Of a stretch of 64,000 bases of DNA, positions 25,841-41,598 are shown piece by piece. Location of the stretch: contig CP068257.2 of assembly GCA_009914755.4 (NCBI GenBank), forward strand, positions 22,752,001-22,816,000, in the 5' to 3' direction. Every line of letters begins with the position of its first letter. Position 1 is the first letter of the stretch. Under the pieces are notes generated by a model. It worked only from the letters and a program-made list of their open reading frames with translations, did no database searches and had not been told where the DNA came from. Position numbers and translations under genes: made by a program. Source of the stretch: the human T2T-CHM13v2.0 reference genome, Homo sapiens.

Positions 25841-28800
25841 AAATCAGTGTGTTGTTTAGAACAGAATGGATTATTTTATTAGAGAGACCTCTCTGAAAGA
25901 ACTCTTCTTTTTCCTATAGTCTCTTAATATACAAAAACAACATTCTCAAGAGTTTTCTGAGTTATTTTATACTTACTTGCCACAAAGATTAAGATTATTC
26001 TGTTTATGTGAATCTTTTGAAACTCTCTTCTTTTGATGAGTTTTTTCTGGCTGCTTTAACTAATTACCATAAATTTAGTGTCTAAAAAATACAAATGGAT
26101 TATCTCACAGTTCTGTAGTGTCTCCATGGGCTTAAATCAAGGTCTTGGGAAGACTTATTACATTTTGTAGAATTTAATGGGGCGTGCATTATCTTGTATT
26201 TTACAGTTTCTAGAGGTCTCACACATTGTTTGGCTCATGACCCCATTATTTTATCTTCAAAGTCTGCAACACTGCATTTCTGTGACCATTCTTGTGCAGT
26301 CACAACTCCTCTGACTTTCACTTCCACTTTTCAGGACTTCTGAGTTTACATTGCACCCAGTTAAATAAGAAAGGATGATCTCTCTATTTAAGGTCAACTG
26401 GTTAACAACCTTAATTTTATCTGCAACCTTAATTGATCTTCACCATGTAAGCTGACATATTCATGAATTTGGGGATTAGGACTTGCACTCCTTGCAAATT
26501 GATGAAATCCTTATTTGCATTTGTAGTTAAGAACAGCTTTCAAGGTAATTAGAATATGCAGTCAGGCTATTTTTTTTTTCCTGGCAAATCCTAGCAGGGA
26601 AAGAAAGAAAAGGGAGGAGATAAAGGGAAAACAGTGGATGATTCTTACACAATGTCACAATTCATGGAAAATTGAAAAGCCTGTCTTTGAATAAGTCATT
26701 GACCTTAACTATTCATTATTTTTCTCCCATCTCTTTTTGATATAATTAAATATAATTTCTTTTCCTGTATTTGATGGTTTTAACTTTATTAATATTGATT
26801 TTCATGTGCATGGTAAGGCAAATTTCACCAAATTTATTTATGTTGAATTATCCAATACTTCTTTCAATGCTGTATTTCTTATTTGATTGTGACTTCCTTG
26901 AAATAATGGCTATAACTTATCCATCTCCATGTTCGTCAGAGCTGACACATTAATGATTATGTTGCACATTACAGACGTTCCTTGAATAGTTGAGTGGAGG
27001 GATGTATGAATGATTGCCGATCAATAAGTTATTGCCATGTCATTTTGTCTACTAACAAGCCTTTAAAGCTTTGGTCAATATTTAACACTAGTTACAATTG
27101 CATTTTTCTTTTTATTTTACAAGCAACATTTCAAATTGCATTTATTTTAGAATAACTTAGAAAATGTTAAGCCAGCCATATTTATTTTGTATTCCAAGTT
27201 TATAATCTAAATGGAAAAGAAGAAACTAAAAAAATATTGCTTACTTTGAGGACAGTTGCCATATGAATTTTTATAACATTTGTTTTATTTTACCTTACTG
27301 GGTAATCATCTTTTGTTTCCAATCATTTAGTATATAATTTTAATATCAAAAGACCACAGTCACATGTAGGAATGGAGAGAGTAATAGCTGCTAAATTCTA
27401 ATGTAAAACCAAGATGCTTATGGGGTCAGGCAGTGACATTATTTATCATAACATATCCAATTGAATAGGAAGACTCTGCTGAGACCATTCCACCATGTCA
27501 ATTACATAGTCAAAAGGGGACATCTCAGGCTGGAGAATAATTAAGCCTGGATGAGTTAGGCATTGGATTTCAACAAAGGCTCATTATCAACCCAATAGCT
27601 GTTCTTTGAAAAAGGGTATGTCTCTCAATTAGTCAGACCTCAAGTTTAGAACTCCAAAAGAGGGTATCTATAGCTGCTTCCATTTTTCTTGGTTAGGAGC
27701 AAAAGAGATAGAATTTGAATTGCAAGACTGCCAGACCTTAGAGACTAGAGGCATTTGTATTGAATCCAAACTACCTGCTGGTTGTAAAGGGCAGAGGAGT
27801 GTGTCTCACTTGTGTAATTACAACTTTCCCCTATTGCTTTATTGGGATAGTCTACTCTGGAGCTTATGAGATAGAAAATAACAAGCAAATAACATAACAC
27901 ATCAATTCCTAAAATACACTCAAAGACAGAAGCAATGAAACACTACAATAAAACATTTAATTATTTTTTTCTCCACAACAAATTTTGCTCAAAGCCATTA
28001 TTTTATTGTTTTAGAGATAAACTCACAGCTGCCACAAGATCCTGAGATCCTGTTATTTCCTGGCTAGAAAATTTGTAATGCAAAGGTGGAACTGAAGTGC
28101 CAAAAGCTCTCTAAGAGATCACTTAAGCAACAGGAGAGTGAGCATGCTTGTACACTCTCTTGGGCACACATGTTCTCTCTCTCTCCTTTTTGACTACTTG
28201 ACAACAGAGTTTTTATCACTGTGCATGTGGAGTAAACACGGCCCAAGGGATCATTTACTGTGTCCCCTCAGATCCTACCTTGGTTCCATCCTAAATTTCT
28301 TGGTGCCTTTAGCCACCTCTGTACCCACTATCCATAAGAGAATGGGCATTCACGTGCCAGTATCCAAAAGAGCCATAACAATTAAAATCCTTCTCTGCTT
28401 GAAATTTCCAAATATGGGGTATAACATCCACAGTGAGACCTTGGACTCACCCCTAATTTTTAAAGTAGTAAAGTCCTTTGTAGAAGGGCACAAGAGATCA
28501 GGTGAACATGGAAAAGCTTATATCTGTGTCAGTGAATGAGACACAGTTCCTTTCAGGTTCAAGAATAGCAGCTGAGCTTCCCCAAACCATGTTCCAGCTA
28601 TAGAAATTAAATAATCTTTCACTTCTCTTTGGAGGAGAAAGTGAAAAACAGCAGCAACAATTAAGCTCCTTGTATTAATCCTACTTCCTACATAACAAAC
28701 ATCTTCTTAATTCCTCATTAAAGAAAAAGGAGGAGAACCACATATTACTAATTGGCTAAATGATTTAGTCAGTATGCTTGCTACCAATATCTACTAGCTA

Positions 28801-31800
28801 ATGGGCCCTTGCTTTTTTTTTTTCCAGCTAATCATGTTTATGACAAGATTCCACCTTCTTTACCTAAATTGATATTTTTTATATTTATATTTATTTTTTA
28901 AAATCTGACAGTAAAAACAAAGTTTATGAATCAGAGGTTAAAAATATCATTTGCTTATAGAATATCTTAACACAGGTTCTGCTTGTTTCATTTCTACAGA
29001 AGTAACCTGCACATATAGAAGAGGCATCTGCAGTACAGGATTGGAGCTCCACCCTTACAAAATCTCCAAACTTACATAGGGCAATTTGTACATATTTTTT
29101 CTTCCCTTCTTGAGAAAGAAGAGAAAGCTTTTTCTCTAATGTAAACAAATCCCCTCTGGGAAGTGTACAAAAAGGTCCCTAAGTTGCTTCAACTCTTTAA
29201 AATGTAAATGAATGGGTTAGAAATTGATTACCTGTTGTTATGTAAATGAATGGCTCTAGAGATGATGAATTTGTAAATTTCCCTAGGGTTTTTATCTTTA
29301 ATTTCCAGGACTTGTTTGCCTCTTCCTCATTTTCTTTTAAGTTGGATTGCCAGTACATTTTGCCCAGAAAGTCATGACCGTGCAAAAATGTAAAAATAGT
29401 CACATTTTGTTCTAACACAAATTGATCTCTATACCGATGGTGTTATATTTATGGCAAATAATGATTTTCTCAGTACATAATTATTAAACATGTAGTAATG
29501 CTAATGTGGAGGATAAGGCAGTAAACAAGGGGGGAAATATCTTTGCCCTCTAGACATGGGAAAACAAATAAGCAAAACAAATGGTAACTTAATAATAAAA
29601 GCCAAGGGAACAAATAATCAGAGAAACAGATTGAAATCATGGGGACTTTGGGATTTTCAAGCGGATGTTCAGAGAAGTTCACATTAATGAGAAGACAGTA
29701 TCTGAATGAAGAATCTAAAAATGAGGGTGTGAACCTTGACAGTGACAGAGAGAATTTGATTAGGGAGCAGGACCAGTGAAAGCAAAAGCCTTAAGCCGGA
29801 GTCATGTTTGGCTATTCAAGAAACAACAAGGATAATAGCATAGCGAGGACAGAGAAAGTGGAAGAGAGACTGGCTATGATAGATAATATTCACAGTCAGG
29901 TCACTAAATTAATTTAATATATAATTGAATGCTAATATATTGCGTATGTTACACAGTAAAATTAGGAAAGGTGTCATGGAAGGATTGGAAATTGGATTCC
30001 TTCTATAAAGAAAAATATATTTTATATATACAGAGTAGGGATTGCAAAGGAATTTAGGCAAAGTGTTTGTGGCTAAAACCCCTATGATATTACCAAATTT
30101 TACCCCTTTTATCTTCAGCAGAGATAATTAGCAGAGATAATTAACATGACTGCCCAACTAAAATACATGTCTCCCCCTCTTTTATAATTAGGTGTGGACA
30201 TAGCTAAATTATCACAAAAGGCAAATATGTGGAATTAAGTAAGCTTGAGAAAAATGGAATGGCTTGTTCCTCAATATTGTCCACCACGCTGAATCTAAAA
30301 CACAAAACTGCAAGTTCTTCTGCTTTCTCTTTTCTGCCCTTCCTCCTTTTCACCTTTCTTTTTTAATCATCTCCCCCTTCCTTTCTCTTTTCTTTCTTCC
30401 TTTACGCCTTCCTCATTTTCTTCCACAAATGATTCATCCACTTCTATATGTCAGGCACTGTACAGGGTGTCTGAGATTCAGCTGTAAGTCAAACCAGAAT
30501 CTGTCTTACCCCAGTGGATCTCGTACTCACATATATGAAGAGATGATGATAAAAAAAGTTGCCCTGTTGATTTGGGGAGGTCGAGGCCAGGCCCCCACTT
30601 GGCTTGAAGGGACATTTTCAGACTTTTCTTTCTGTCACTTGGAGTGTCTATGCCTCTCATGTTTCCCTAATAAACTCCTCAACTTTTTTTAAAAAAAGTT
30701 TCAGATATGAATGTTACATTCCAACTTGTATAACTGGTAATGAAGAAGTGTCATAAATTAAAATAATAATAAGTGAAATATGGCAGTATAATATAGTGCT
30801 CAAAAAAGTTCCATCATTTTCTGAAATTTCAAAGCCATATAACATTAGGTAAGTTACACAAACTTTGAAAGTTTTAGTTTCTGTTTTAAAAGAATATAAA
30901 GGGAATGCTTCATGTAGTGAGCAATTGTGTTTATAAAAAATTTTAGCCAGTGTAAGGATGCTAACGATGATGCATGTGAAGTTTATGTAAAATGCTCTGA
31001 AACAACATTCTCTGAAGCATAGTGAGAGCTTAATGAATTTGAGCTATGGATATTGTGAATTACTAACTATTTGACCTTGGCAGAATCATGATAGAGGATG
31101 TCCTGAGGATGCAGTGATGTGCCGAGAATTTGAGAGTAAGAGTTTAAAGCAATGTTATATTCACAAAGAAATAATAAAATATACAAGGCCAGATGTCTAG
31201 AGATCACAGACTTTTTAAAATAATTCATGCTTTTAAATTCATACTTTGTTTTTAACAAATTCAAATGCCTTCACAGGAGGGGTAACAACCATAACTGTGT
31301 GAAAAACTGAGCCATCACCTAAGTAATAATAATTTTTAAAAATTAATAAGAATCATAAATAATCAAAAGCCTGGAGTCAACTTCCACATCCCAATTTAAA
31401 CGTGAAGCTATAATGAGACTTCAAAAATTCATGGAAAAATTGAATTAAAATATAAAAATAAAAAATACAAACTTTATTTCTCAACAGACACTCCATTAAG
31501 TTCAAAACACTTTTATAAGTGACTCCAAACATTTAGTCCCTCCATAAAGGAATGAGAGTCCTTGGAATTTAACCATGTCAATGCAGTCTGTTTTTATATT
31601 ATTACATAAATAAATGGCTGTTCTTTACATAATTTTAAAAGTTAGGAAACCCAGAAATTGCCAGAAGGCACCAAATCAGGACTGGAAAGTGGATGGCTAA
31701 TAATTTCTCATTGAAATTCTCACAATATTGTTTTTGTTTTAGGAGAAGAATGAGCAGGAACATTGTCATGGTAGTGAAGCTTTGTTGAGTGTTTCTCTGC

Positions 31801-32783
31801 TAACGCTTTAGCTAACTTTCTCAAAACACTCTTATAATAAGCAGATGTTATTATCCTTGGCCCTCCAGAAACTCAGAAAGTAAAATGCCTTGAGCATTCT
31901 AAAAACCTGTTGCAATGACCTTTGCTCTTGACCAGTCTGTTTTTGCTTTGACTGGACCACTTCTACCTCTTGGTAGCCATTGTTTTGATTGTACTTTGTC
32001 TTTAGGATTGTACTGGTGAAGCTTTGTTTCATCTCTTGTTATATGTTTAAAATAATTGCTTCAAGATCTTGATCCCATTTGGTTTAAAATTTCCACTGAA
32101 AGCTCTTCTCTGGTCTGCCGCTGATCTCGGTGCAATTATTTTGGCACCTATCAAGTAGAAAATGTTCTCAACTTCAATTTTTCAGTCAGAATTATGGAAG
32201 CTGAACAAGTTGAGATATGTATGTTGTTGGCTATTGTTTCTGTTATTGGTCTTCTGTCTGCTTCAATTAGGGCAGAAACAGGATTAATTTTTTTCCTTGC
32301 AAATTGGTGTGGATGTTCTGCCACTGCAAGCTTCATCTTCAACATTATCTCATCCCTTCTTAAAGTTAGCTATCTGTTGTAAACTGCTGATTTATTGGGG
32401 GCATTGTTTCTATAAAGTTTTCTCTTTTTTTCTTCCACAGAATAGAAAATATGGGAAAATTTCCCACTCACTTTATGAGACTTTTATAACTTTGGAATTA
32501 ACTTTATGGGGACATTACAATTCAGGAGAATTACAAGCCAATTTTATTAATGAATGCAAGTAAAATCCTACATAAAATATGAAGACATCAAATGTACCAA
32601 TTTATGAAAGGGAAACTGTGATGGACATTACCCATAAACTTTTTATAAGGTATTAATCATGTGATCATTCTTCCACTTAATGATTACCATAAATTTGATG
32701 TTTGTTCTTTCTTCAATTTTCACAGATTTCATGTTGCTCTGATAGGGCTTTTGTCAAACCAGTGTCCTCTCCTTGGTGCCTCA

Positions 32784-33151
<368 letters not shown>

Positions 33152-36100
33152 AAAGAGAAGAAAAGTTGCAACAAGTTAATATAAGTTTATTTTGGTACAA
33201 AAAATGTTTAAAATTGATACATAAGTTTTATGATAACAATTTTTTATGAACATCTTGAAGACCCTTAGTTTGAGAAGAAAAGAAGAAGTACTACATGGAA
33301 ACATTCACTCAGTTCAAAAATAATGACTATTAAGCAACGGTTCTATGAGAAAGGTACTATTAATTTGTAATGAGAAAGAGCCTATGGATCATCTTATATT
33401 TTTAAAATTGAGGGGACAACAAGAATGTTTACTATAGGGCTATTATAGCACATTCGTGAAAAAGGGAGTCAGAATTTAAAAGAACAACATTGGCAAAGAT
33501 TACTTATTACACTTCATGTTTGTGACCAAGATTTATCAATAGAAAAGTACTCTTATTTTACCTAAAACTTTTAATCCTTAAAGATCTTTACTATGTTATA
33601 TTGCAATTTTCATAAAGATGGCCAAGTAAAAAAATTATAGGGAAACAATGTACTCTGGTTTCAACTAAAGTCAGAAATACTATACTTCAGTAAAGCACAC
33701 TTTAATTAAAATTTAAAGAATTATTTAACACTCCCAATATTTGATCGATTAAAGTTGGCAAAAGTCAGAAAGTATTTGGCATGTAAAATTTCCCTTTAAT
33801 GGTTAGATGTAATGAGGCATTTTTTTAAGTGTTTTAGAATAACCCCTGGGAATACCATCACTAGAAATACTAACTGGAATATTTAGTGAGTAAAGCAAAT
33901 GCCACATTCTTGGGTACCTACAAAAAAAATCTCACTTTCAGAGAGGCACAAATTATGCATCTTATTAATGTGCAGAACTAGATCTACAAATGGGCAATCA
34001 GAAAAAACTGAAAACTCTCAAAAAGCTAAGTTCTTAGGAGAAATGTGTATATTTGGGACAATAGTAAATAACCCCTTAAAAGAAGTAAATCCAGTCCTCA
34101 AAGCAAAAGGGCGAGTCTGAGAGCAAGAGCCCCAGAGAAAGACGCCGGAAGGAAGTCGTAGATGTAGGAAGTGACTGTAGGTTTAGATGAATGGAAAATG
34201 AACTTGCCAGTTCACAGCTATGTCCTTCCCAATTTAGGAGGTTAAGGGCAGGAAAAACATGAGAAACTCTTTTGAGAAGCTGCACAAGCTGACATGGAGG
34301 ATCAAGGATTTCAAAAGCTTTGAATATAAAGAGGTGAGAATTTTTATTTTATTTTTTTACTATTATTCTGGTCTGTTGGTTGAGCTCTGAGGTTAACATC
34401 TTACAACACTTTAAAGTGAAACTAAAACAAACACATCATTTTTAAAATTGGCCATATCCGGAGCCCAGAAAAATATTACAAATAGTAACGTGTCCTTTCG
34501 GACACCTCATAAAAATTTAGGGAAGAGATATATGGAAATACCTTTTAAACACTTGGCAAATAGAATAGGTTTCAATTACATCAGATTATAGTTTTTAGTC
34601 TGACAGTTTGTGTCTGGATGTACAACGGATTAATTTTATTAAGTTTGTTGGAAGAGTTATTGAAACAACAGGTTTCAATTATTTTGTTCTCACTGAAATC
34701 TGTTTCACAAAATGGACCACTGAAATAAGAAAAATGGTTTCAGTTTATTTTAATGTGATTTCCTGAGTGGAGAGAATTTTCTACATATATATGTAAAAGT
34801 CAAGTTATTGCTTATGAATACAGCATTACTTTTTAACTATTCTATTAAAATAATATTCTCTTAGATTTCAATAACATGTAATGTGCACGTATTACACACA
34901 TGAAAAGTCAATTCTCATGGTCACTCACACTAAGGTGAGTGAATATATGACTGTCCTCTGCATGTGATGCTCAGGATATCTCATGAAAATGTACAAATTG
35001 TCATAAATGGAATTTCCTAGCACTGCTATCTTACCATAAAAATGATGTGGTGATAATAGTGGTAAACAAAATTGTCAGAGATCAAATGTGACATATCACT
35101 ATTCATTTAAGGTATAAAATGGCTGTTGATAAGATATTTGGAAATGGATATAGCATGATCATAATACAGAAATTACAAATATTGCTACAAATTACAATTT
35201 TTAGAATTTGTTTTAAGATATTTCATTATCACTAAACAGGCTTCAAATGCCTAGTGAACTGATAAATCCCACTGCCAACTGATTTGTTTCAATATGATGT
35301 GTTCATTGCTTGTATTTGGACCTATTAATAACTTGCAGAGCTAAGAAGTATGTGCTTTCCTTGCATCTTTATTGTACTCCAACTCTATTCCCTGGAAGAT
35401 AGCCAATGTAAAACAATATTAATTTAATACCAACTTAAATTTTGCTTCATACAATTTTCAGTTTATATGAGAAGGTAATTTCTTTATGGATTCTGAGTTA
35501 AAATGAAATTTTAAGATTTCAAAGTTTATTATTGTTATTTCAAAAATTGCGGTTAAAATTTTATCATAAAAATCATACTTAAGAATCATAATCTTCTAAT
35601 ATTAAAAGAAGGAATACAAGGGAACAGGTGATTGAGCTGACCATAGAATATCGTATGAGTGGAAAGTAAAAGCTCTTGGCAGTGTAGAGATAGAACTTGT
35701 TAAAGCAGTTGCAGTTCCGTATGTTGTCTTCTTAAATAGATATGAGATTGGAATTAACTTGTTAGTGATATTCATTTCTAAGAATATCATAGAACGCCAA
35801 AATTGGAAGATTAATTTGGTTGTGATCCCAAGTTCATTGAATAGTATTTTATCTTACTGTGTGTATAAGTAATATGATAATGGTGATGGTCAAAATAGAA
35901 ACCTTGCTTGATGCCATGCATGGTACTAATAAGCATTAGTATGCTCATAAAGCATGAGCATTATGTTATGTAATTCTAACAATCTTATGATGTAGTTATA
36001 ACTATTACCTCATGCTTTTATTTATTAATTTAAATGATATTTATTAAGTACATTTGGTCTTCAATTTTATAGATGGCATAGCTATCATAAATTAAACAAA

Positions 36101-36754
36101 TAAGCTCCTTGGAGTTATAGAGTTTATTCAGGTTTAAAAGTGAGCAAAAACACACAAAAAATAGTAAATGAGGAAATGGAGAAAATAGAGTTATGGTGAG
36201 ATTGGGTAAGTCAACAGATGTAATAGGGAGACATTTTTTCTAAAGCACTGATATTTGAACTGATTTCTGAACTTTTGAATCAGTCATCTGCACAAAATGC
36301 TTGTGGGGATAATTTCAGGCAATTGGAACAGACTGCAGCTATCATGTTGTGAAAAATAAGTGTATATTTTTGACAAATCAAAGATACAGGGGATAGTAAG
36401 AGAAATCTAATGTCTGGATTACCAGAAGAAAAATACAGAATGTAGAAAAATTTATAGTTAATGAACAGATAGAGGTTAAGAATGTTTCTATACTAATGAA
36501 ATAAATGAAAACAATAAAAATATAAGAAATCCACAAAACTCTAAGCAGCATGAAACATGTAAATCTACCACTGCTATTTCTGCAGAAAGCAAAGGCAAAT
36601 AGGAGATATTTTTAAAGCCAGAAACAAAAAGATAAATAATTCTAATGCTGCAAATGCTGTATACTGAATGCAGTCTGCCATGTACTAAAAAAATATTACT
36701 ACCTATAATAATACCCTTTTGTAATTAAGGTAATATGTATACATTTGAAAGCCA

Positions 36755-36810
36755 AAAGAGAGAGGAAAGAGAAGAGAGAGAGGATAAGAAGGAGAAGGAG
36801 AGAGAGAAAA
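36755..36810 (+). repeat. GA-rich purine microsatellite
   Basis: aaagagagaggaaagagaagagagagaggataagaaggagaaggagagagagaaaa. Confidence 0.85.
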
Positions 36811-37261
36811 TTTGTAACCAGCATAATTATACTGAAGGAAATACTAGAATGTATTGTTCATGCAGGTGAAAAGTTAAAGATAAATATTCTATGTTCAAAT
36901 AAATTTTGACTATATAAAACCAAAAGAGCAATATTATTTAAAATTTATAATATAGACTTAATTAAGGCACAGCAAAATGATAGGATATTCTTGTGGAGGG
37001 GGAAATAAAAGGGCAGTTCATTGTTTAGAGAAGAATAAAAAGTAGTCAGCAATGTAAGACTCTTATAAGTCTGAGATACTTTGATGTGAAGTTCCTTATG
37101 GAACAATTACTATTAAATGGTAATAAAATATTGTGTATAACATCGAAACAGAATAGAAGCAGAAAAAACAAAAAAGATACAGAATAAGGAAAACAAAGAG
37201 AGAAAAAATATATCATTAGAGGAACAAATAGAAAGCACTTATTATATTTATGTATAATTAT

Positions 37262-37326
37262 GTTATATACATATATACACACATCTATATGTATATATAT
37301 ACACATACATATATATATATATATAA
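37262..37326 (+). repeat. (TA)n/(CA)n compound microsatellite
   Basis: gttatatacatatatacacacatctatatgtatatatatacacatacatatatatatatatata. Confidence 0.85.
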
Positions 37327-39082
37327 AATTACATTAATTGGCCAATGAAAAATACTTCCAAAATGGAAAAAAAAAACCCTAAGTTATTTAGAAGAGAAAC
37401 ACTGAATCATAACCACAGCAAATTTACAAATAAAAACAATGAAAAAGAATATTCCAATCAAACATTAACCTATATTAATGCCAGATGAACTAATTTTAAG
37501 ACAAAAATACATTGCTAGAGATGAATGGAATGTTTAATATTGATAATAAAATGAATTCCTAAAAGGTTGTAAGAAATATATAAGAACTTAATGATACTAT
37601 TTTAAAATGCAGACTCACTAATTTACAGAAAACCAAGGGGAAATAGACAAACCGACAATTTCAGCAAAATATTTCTTAGTAATTAATAAAATAATAAAAT
37701 AGTAAAATATTTCAAAATGTTAATTGATAAATCAGTAATAAAAGATAACTAGATTGTCCTTACAAACTTGGAAATCAACAAATAAAAGACTAAACAATCC
37801 ATTACCTGTAAATTCATAATAGAATTAAAAAATATCTCTAACTGAATTATACCAAAGTAATACAGGTGATGACTTGAAGAATGCACAAAAGCAGTATAAA
37901 GACAAAAATACATAGCAGTAATGACCAGTAATAGGTATGCAACATAAATGAGAAAATTAATCTATCCCATCTATCTCAGAAAGTTAGGATTGAAAAAATT
38001 GACCTATAGAATGCAGAAAGAAGGGAATGATAATGATGAAATCAAAGTAAAGAAAAAGGAAAAAACAAAGCACACAATGGAGAGAATGAACAAAATAAAA
38101 AATAGTTATTTGGAAAGGTTTTAAAATATATAATAATCTGGTGTGGTTAAACATAACCACATTTTTACCTCTCCCTTTTTTTTTTCCTTCAGAAAGAACA
38201 CATCTAAGGTTTTTCTTTAATGGGATTAAATTAGTGACAAGATTCTCTTTCTCCCTCCCTCTGTCTCTTTCTATCTCTCCAATATCTACGTTTTCTAACC
38301 CTGTCTTTTCCAATCTCACTAATACCTAAGTTTTCTAAATGGAACTAGCACTGTTTTGTGTCTGAAACCTTCTCATTTTAAAAATGCACTGGTGATGTAT
38401 CCTATCTGAGCCACTAATGCCTGGTAGCCAGATAGGAGAATGAAAAAAGGTTATGAATTGATTGGTGGAGAGTGAGTATGGAAGAAGGAGACAGATGGGA
38501 ATGCTAGTTAATAAACATGAATTCTGGAAACAATGACAAATGGAGAATGCTTTGTCCTGACTTTGTTTCATGTAAGGGTTAGGCCTGGTTTTTCCTTTGG
38601 TACTTGCTGAGCAACCGCAATTCATAATTATTTCTCCTCCTTACAGAGAAAGGTTTAAATTAGATTTTTCATGAAGTGATTTCTAGGCCTAAAGCTCCAT
38701 GAAATAAGCTAAACCCATTTTTAAGTGTGTACAGCATGTGCATGTTGAATGTCCTCAAATTACTAGTTATATTACTATGGTCAATTATACTTGGCAATTG
38801 TGCTTAATTGAAGGTGAAAACACATTAGGTTTTTAATTTAAAAGCCATAGGTAAAACCACTCTAAACGTCCTATTTGGATCTCAGACCTGGTGATGCTTT
38901 TCTCTATAGACTGGAATTTTACAGTACATTAACCTGTTCATTCACATAATTAGAACAATAACCGAATGAGCTGTTGTATCAGGTAATACATGATAGCAAT
39001 TCCATTCATCTCTACTGAAATTTAGATTATGAACATGAAACCACATTTGAAGAAACTCAGAGAAAAATATATGCATAAAACA

Positions 39083-39400
39083 TATGTGGTGGCTCATGCC
39101 TGTAATCCCAGAACATCAAGAGGCCAGAATGGTAGGATTGCTTGAGGCCAAGAGTTCGAGATCAGCCTGAGCAATATAGTGAGATACTGTCCCTACCAAA
39201 AATAAATAAATAAATAAATACATAAACAATAAAATTAGCTGGGCATGGTGGTGCACCTGTTATCCTTGCTACTCAAGAAGCTGAGGTGAGAGGCTTGCTT
39301 AAGCCCAGGAGTTCCAGGTTACTGTGAGCTATTATGTCACTGCACTATAGCTTGGATGACAGAGCAAGGCCCCATCTACAAAAATAAAACTTAAAAAAAT
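39083..39400 (+). mobile_element. Full-length but strongly diverged (old, AluJ-like) Alu
   Basis: atgtggtggctcatgcctgtaatcccagaacatcaagaggccagaatggtaggattgcttgaggccaagagttcgagatcagcctgagcaatatagtgagatactgtccctaccaaaaataaataaataaataaatacataaacaataaaattagctgggcatggtggtgcacctgttatcc...gtcactgcactatagcttggatgacagagcaaggccccatctacaaaaataaaac. There are many substitutions and an expanded AAAT middle linker. Confidence 0.85.
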
Positions 39401-40303
39401 GCATAGGGCATATTTTTTCCTCTTGAACACTTTCAATCAGATTATGGTGATACAAATCATCAAAACATCAATGACAGGAACTGTTAGTTTCTGCAGACTG
39501 CCCTTTCCTCATTTCCTTCAACACTCCATACTTCTACAAGTTGCCACATGCTGTTTCTGAAATAGTTCTCACATCTGTCTCCTTCTCTCCAGCACTGCTG
39601 GCTCACTATGGTCAGTTTCTACCTCCAGTGTCAAGACCCTCACATTCATCTTTCACACTGTTAATAAAATCATCTTCACCAGGTCATACCCTCGTTCAAA
39701 GGACCTCTAGTAACCTTCCGATTTTAGGCTAACTCCACATGCTTAGTGCCATCTCCCAGCCTTGATCCCTTTGTTTTCTGTCCTCAGATGTATTTCTTAC
39801 CATCTGAGAAACCAGATGTGTTTCTTTTTTTTTTTTTTAACTTATTTTAGGTTTGGGGGTACATGTGAATGTTTGTTACATAGGTAAACATGTGTCACAG
39901 GGGTTTGCTGTACATATTATTTCATCACCCAGGTAGTAAGCCCAGTACCCAATAGGTATCTTTTCTGTTCCTCTCCCTACTCCCACCCTCCACTCTCAAA
40001 TAGACCCCAGTTTCTGTCGTTTCCTTCTCTGTGTTCTTCAGTTCTTATCATTTAGCTCCAACTTAAACGTGGGAACATGTGGTATTTGGTTTTATGTTCC
40101 TGTGTTAGTTTGCTAAGGATAGTAGCCTCCAGCTCCATCCATGTTCCCTCAAAAGTCATGATCTCACTTTTTTATGGCTGCATAATATTCCAACCATAAT
40201 AGTGTTAATATTGCTGAGGTCATGGCCATTATCAACCCTAGTTCTGCATATCAAGGAGAATACATGGAAAGGCAAAGATGTTGCACTAGCATATTTAATT
40301 TTA

Positions 40304-41030
<727 letters not shown>

Positions 41031-41519
41031 TTAATATCAACACTGAAAAAAACAATGATACCTGCTTCTTGTTATCCCATATATATTTCCATCATCTGAG
41101 AATAAGTCAAAATTACTGTAAGTCAAAACTTTCTTTGCATACTCTTTTCATCAAATGCATTCACTGAGCCCCTTAGGAGGGATGAAGTACCTCCCAACAT
41201 CTCAGAAGCAGAATAACGAAACGTTTTGCTTATATGATTTTCTCTACATCCATCCCACACACATACACAAGAGAACAATAACATCTCAGTGGTTTAACAC
41301 TATATGTTTAACTTCTAGGTCGTGGCACACTTCAATGAAGATTGTCTATTTCACATGAGTGGCAATCCTTGAAGTAACAACCTGTTTTTACAGTCTCCTT
41401 ACCTCTTTGATGCCACTGTTTCCAGCATGTGACCCCCATGGTCACCACACAAAGGGCAGAAAGAATATAAAATATCTTTGAAGCCCAGTGGAAACTTCAG
41501 ACTGAATCTGGGTATTGTA

Positions 41520-41598
41520 TTAGGTTGGTGCAAAAGTAATTGTGATTTTCGCTATTACTTTGCATTGCAAAAACCGTAATTACCTTTCCACCAATCTG
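41520..41598. mobile_element. MADE1 MITE (Hsmar1-derived 80-bp palindromic element)
   Basis: ttaggttggtgcaaaagtaattgtgattttcgctattactttgcattgcaaaaaccgtaattacctttccaccaatctga, versus the MADE1 consensus ttaggttggtgcaaaagtaattgcggtttttgccatt...aatggcaaaaaccgcaattacttttgcaccaacctaa. The sequence is imperfectly palindromic and flanked by TA. Confidence 0.75.

Larger units (their letters stand above)
36100..38160 (+). mobile_element. Old degenerate L1 fragment (ORF1 3' end through ORF2 5' region) with internal microsatellites
   Basis: Diverged colinear similarity to the L1 ORF1 C-terminal region, the inter-ORF region, and the ORF2 endonuclease domain through about aa 250. The region 37900-38160 matches ...aataaataaaatcagaaatgaaagaggagacattacaactgataccacagaaatacaaaggatcataagagactactatgaac only loosely. 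Many stops are present. The call is low-confidence and the boundaries are approximate. Confidence 0.4.

Noticed and set aside
28138-28539. 133-aa plus-strand ORF in non-repeat-looking sequence
   Set aside because: It has no family resemblance. It contains many internal low-complexity stretches and lacks an upstream in-frame extension or Kozak-like context. I treat it as chance, though I cannot formally exclude a small exon without conservation data.
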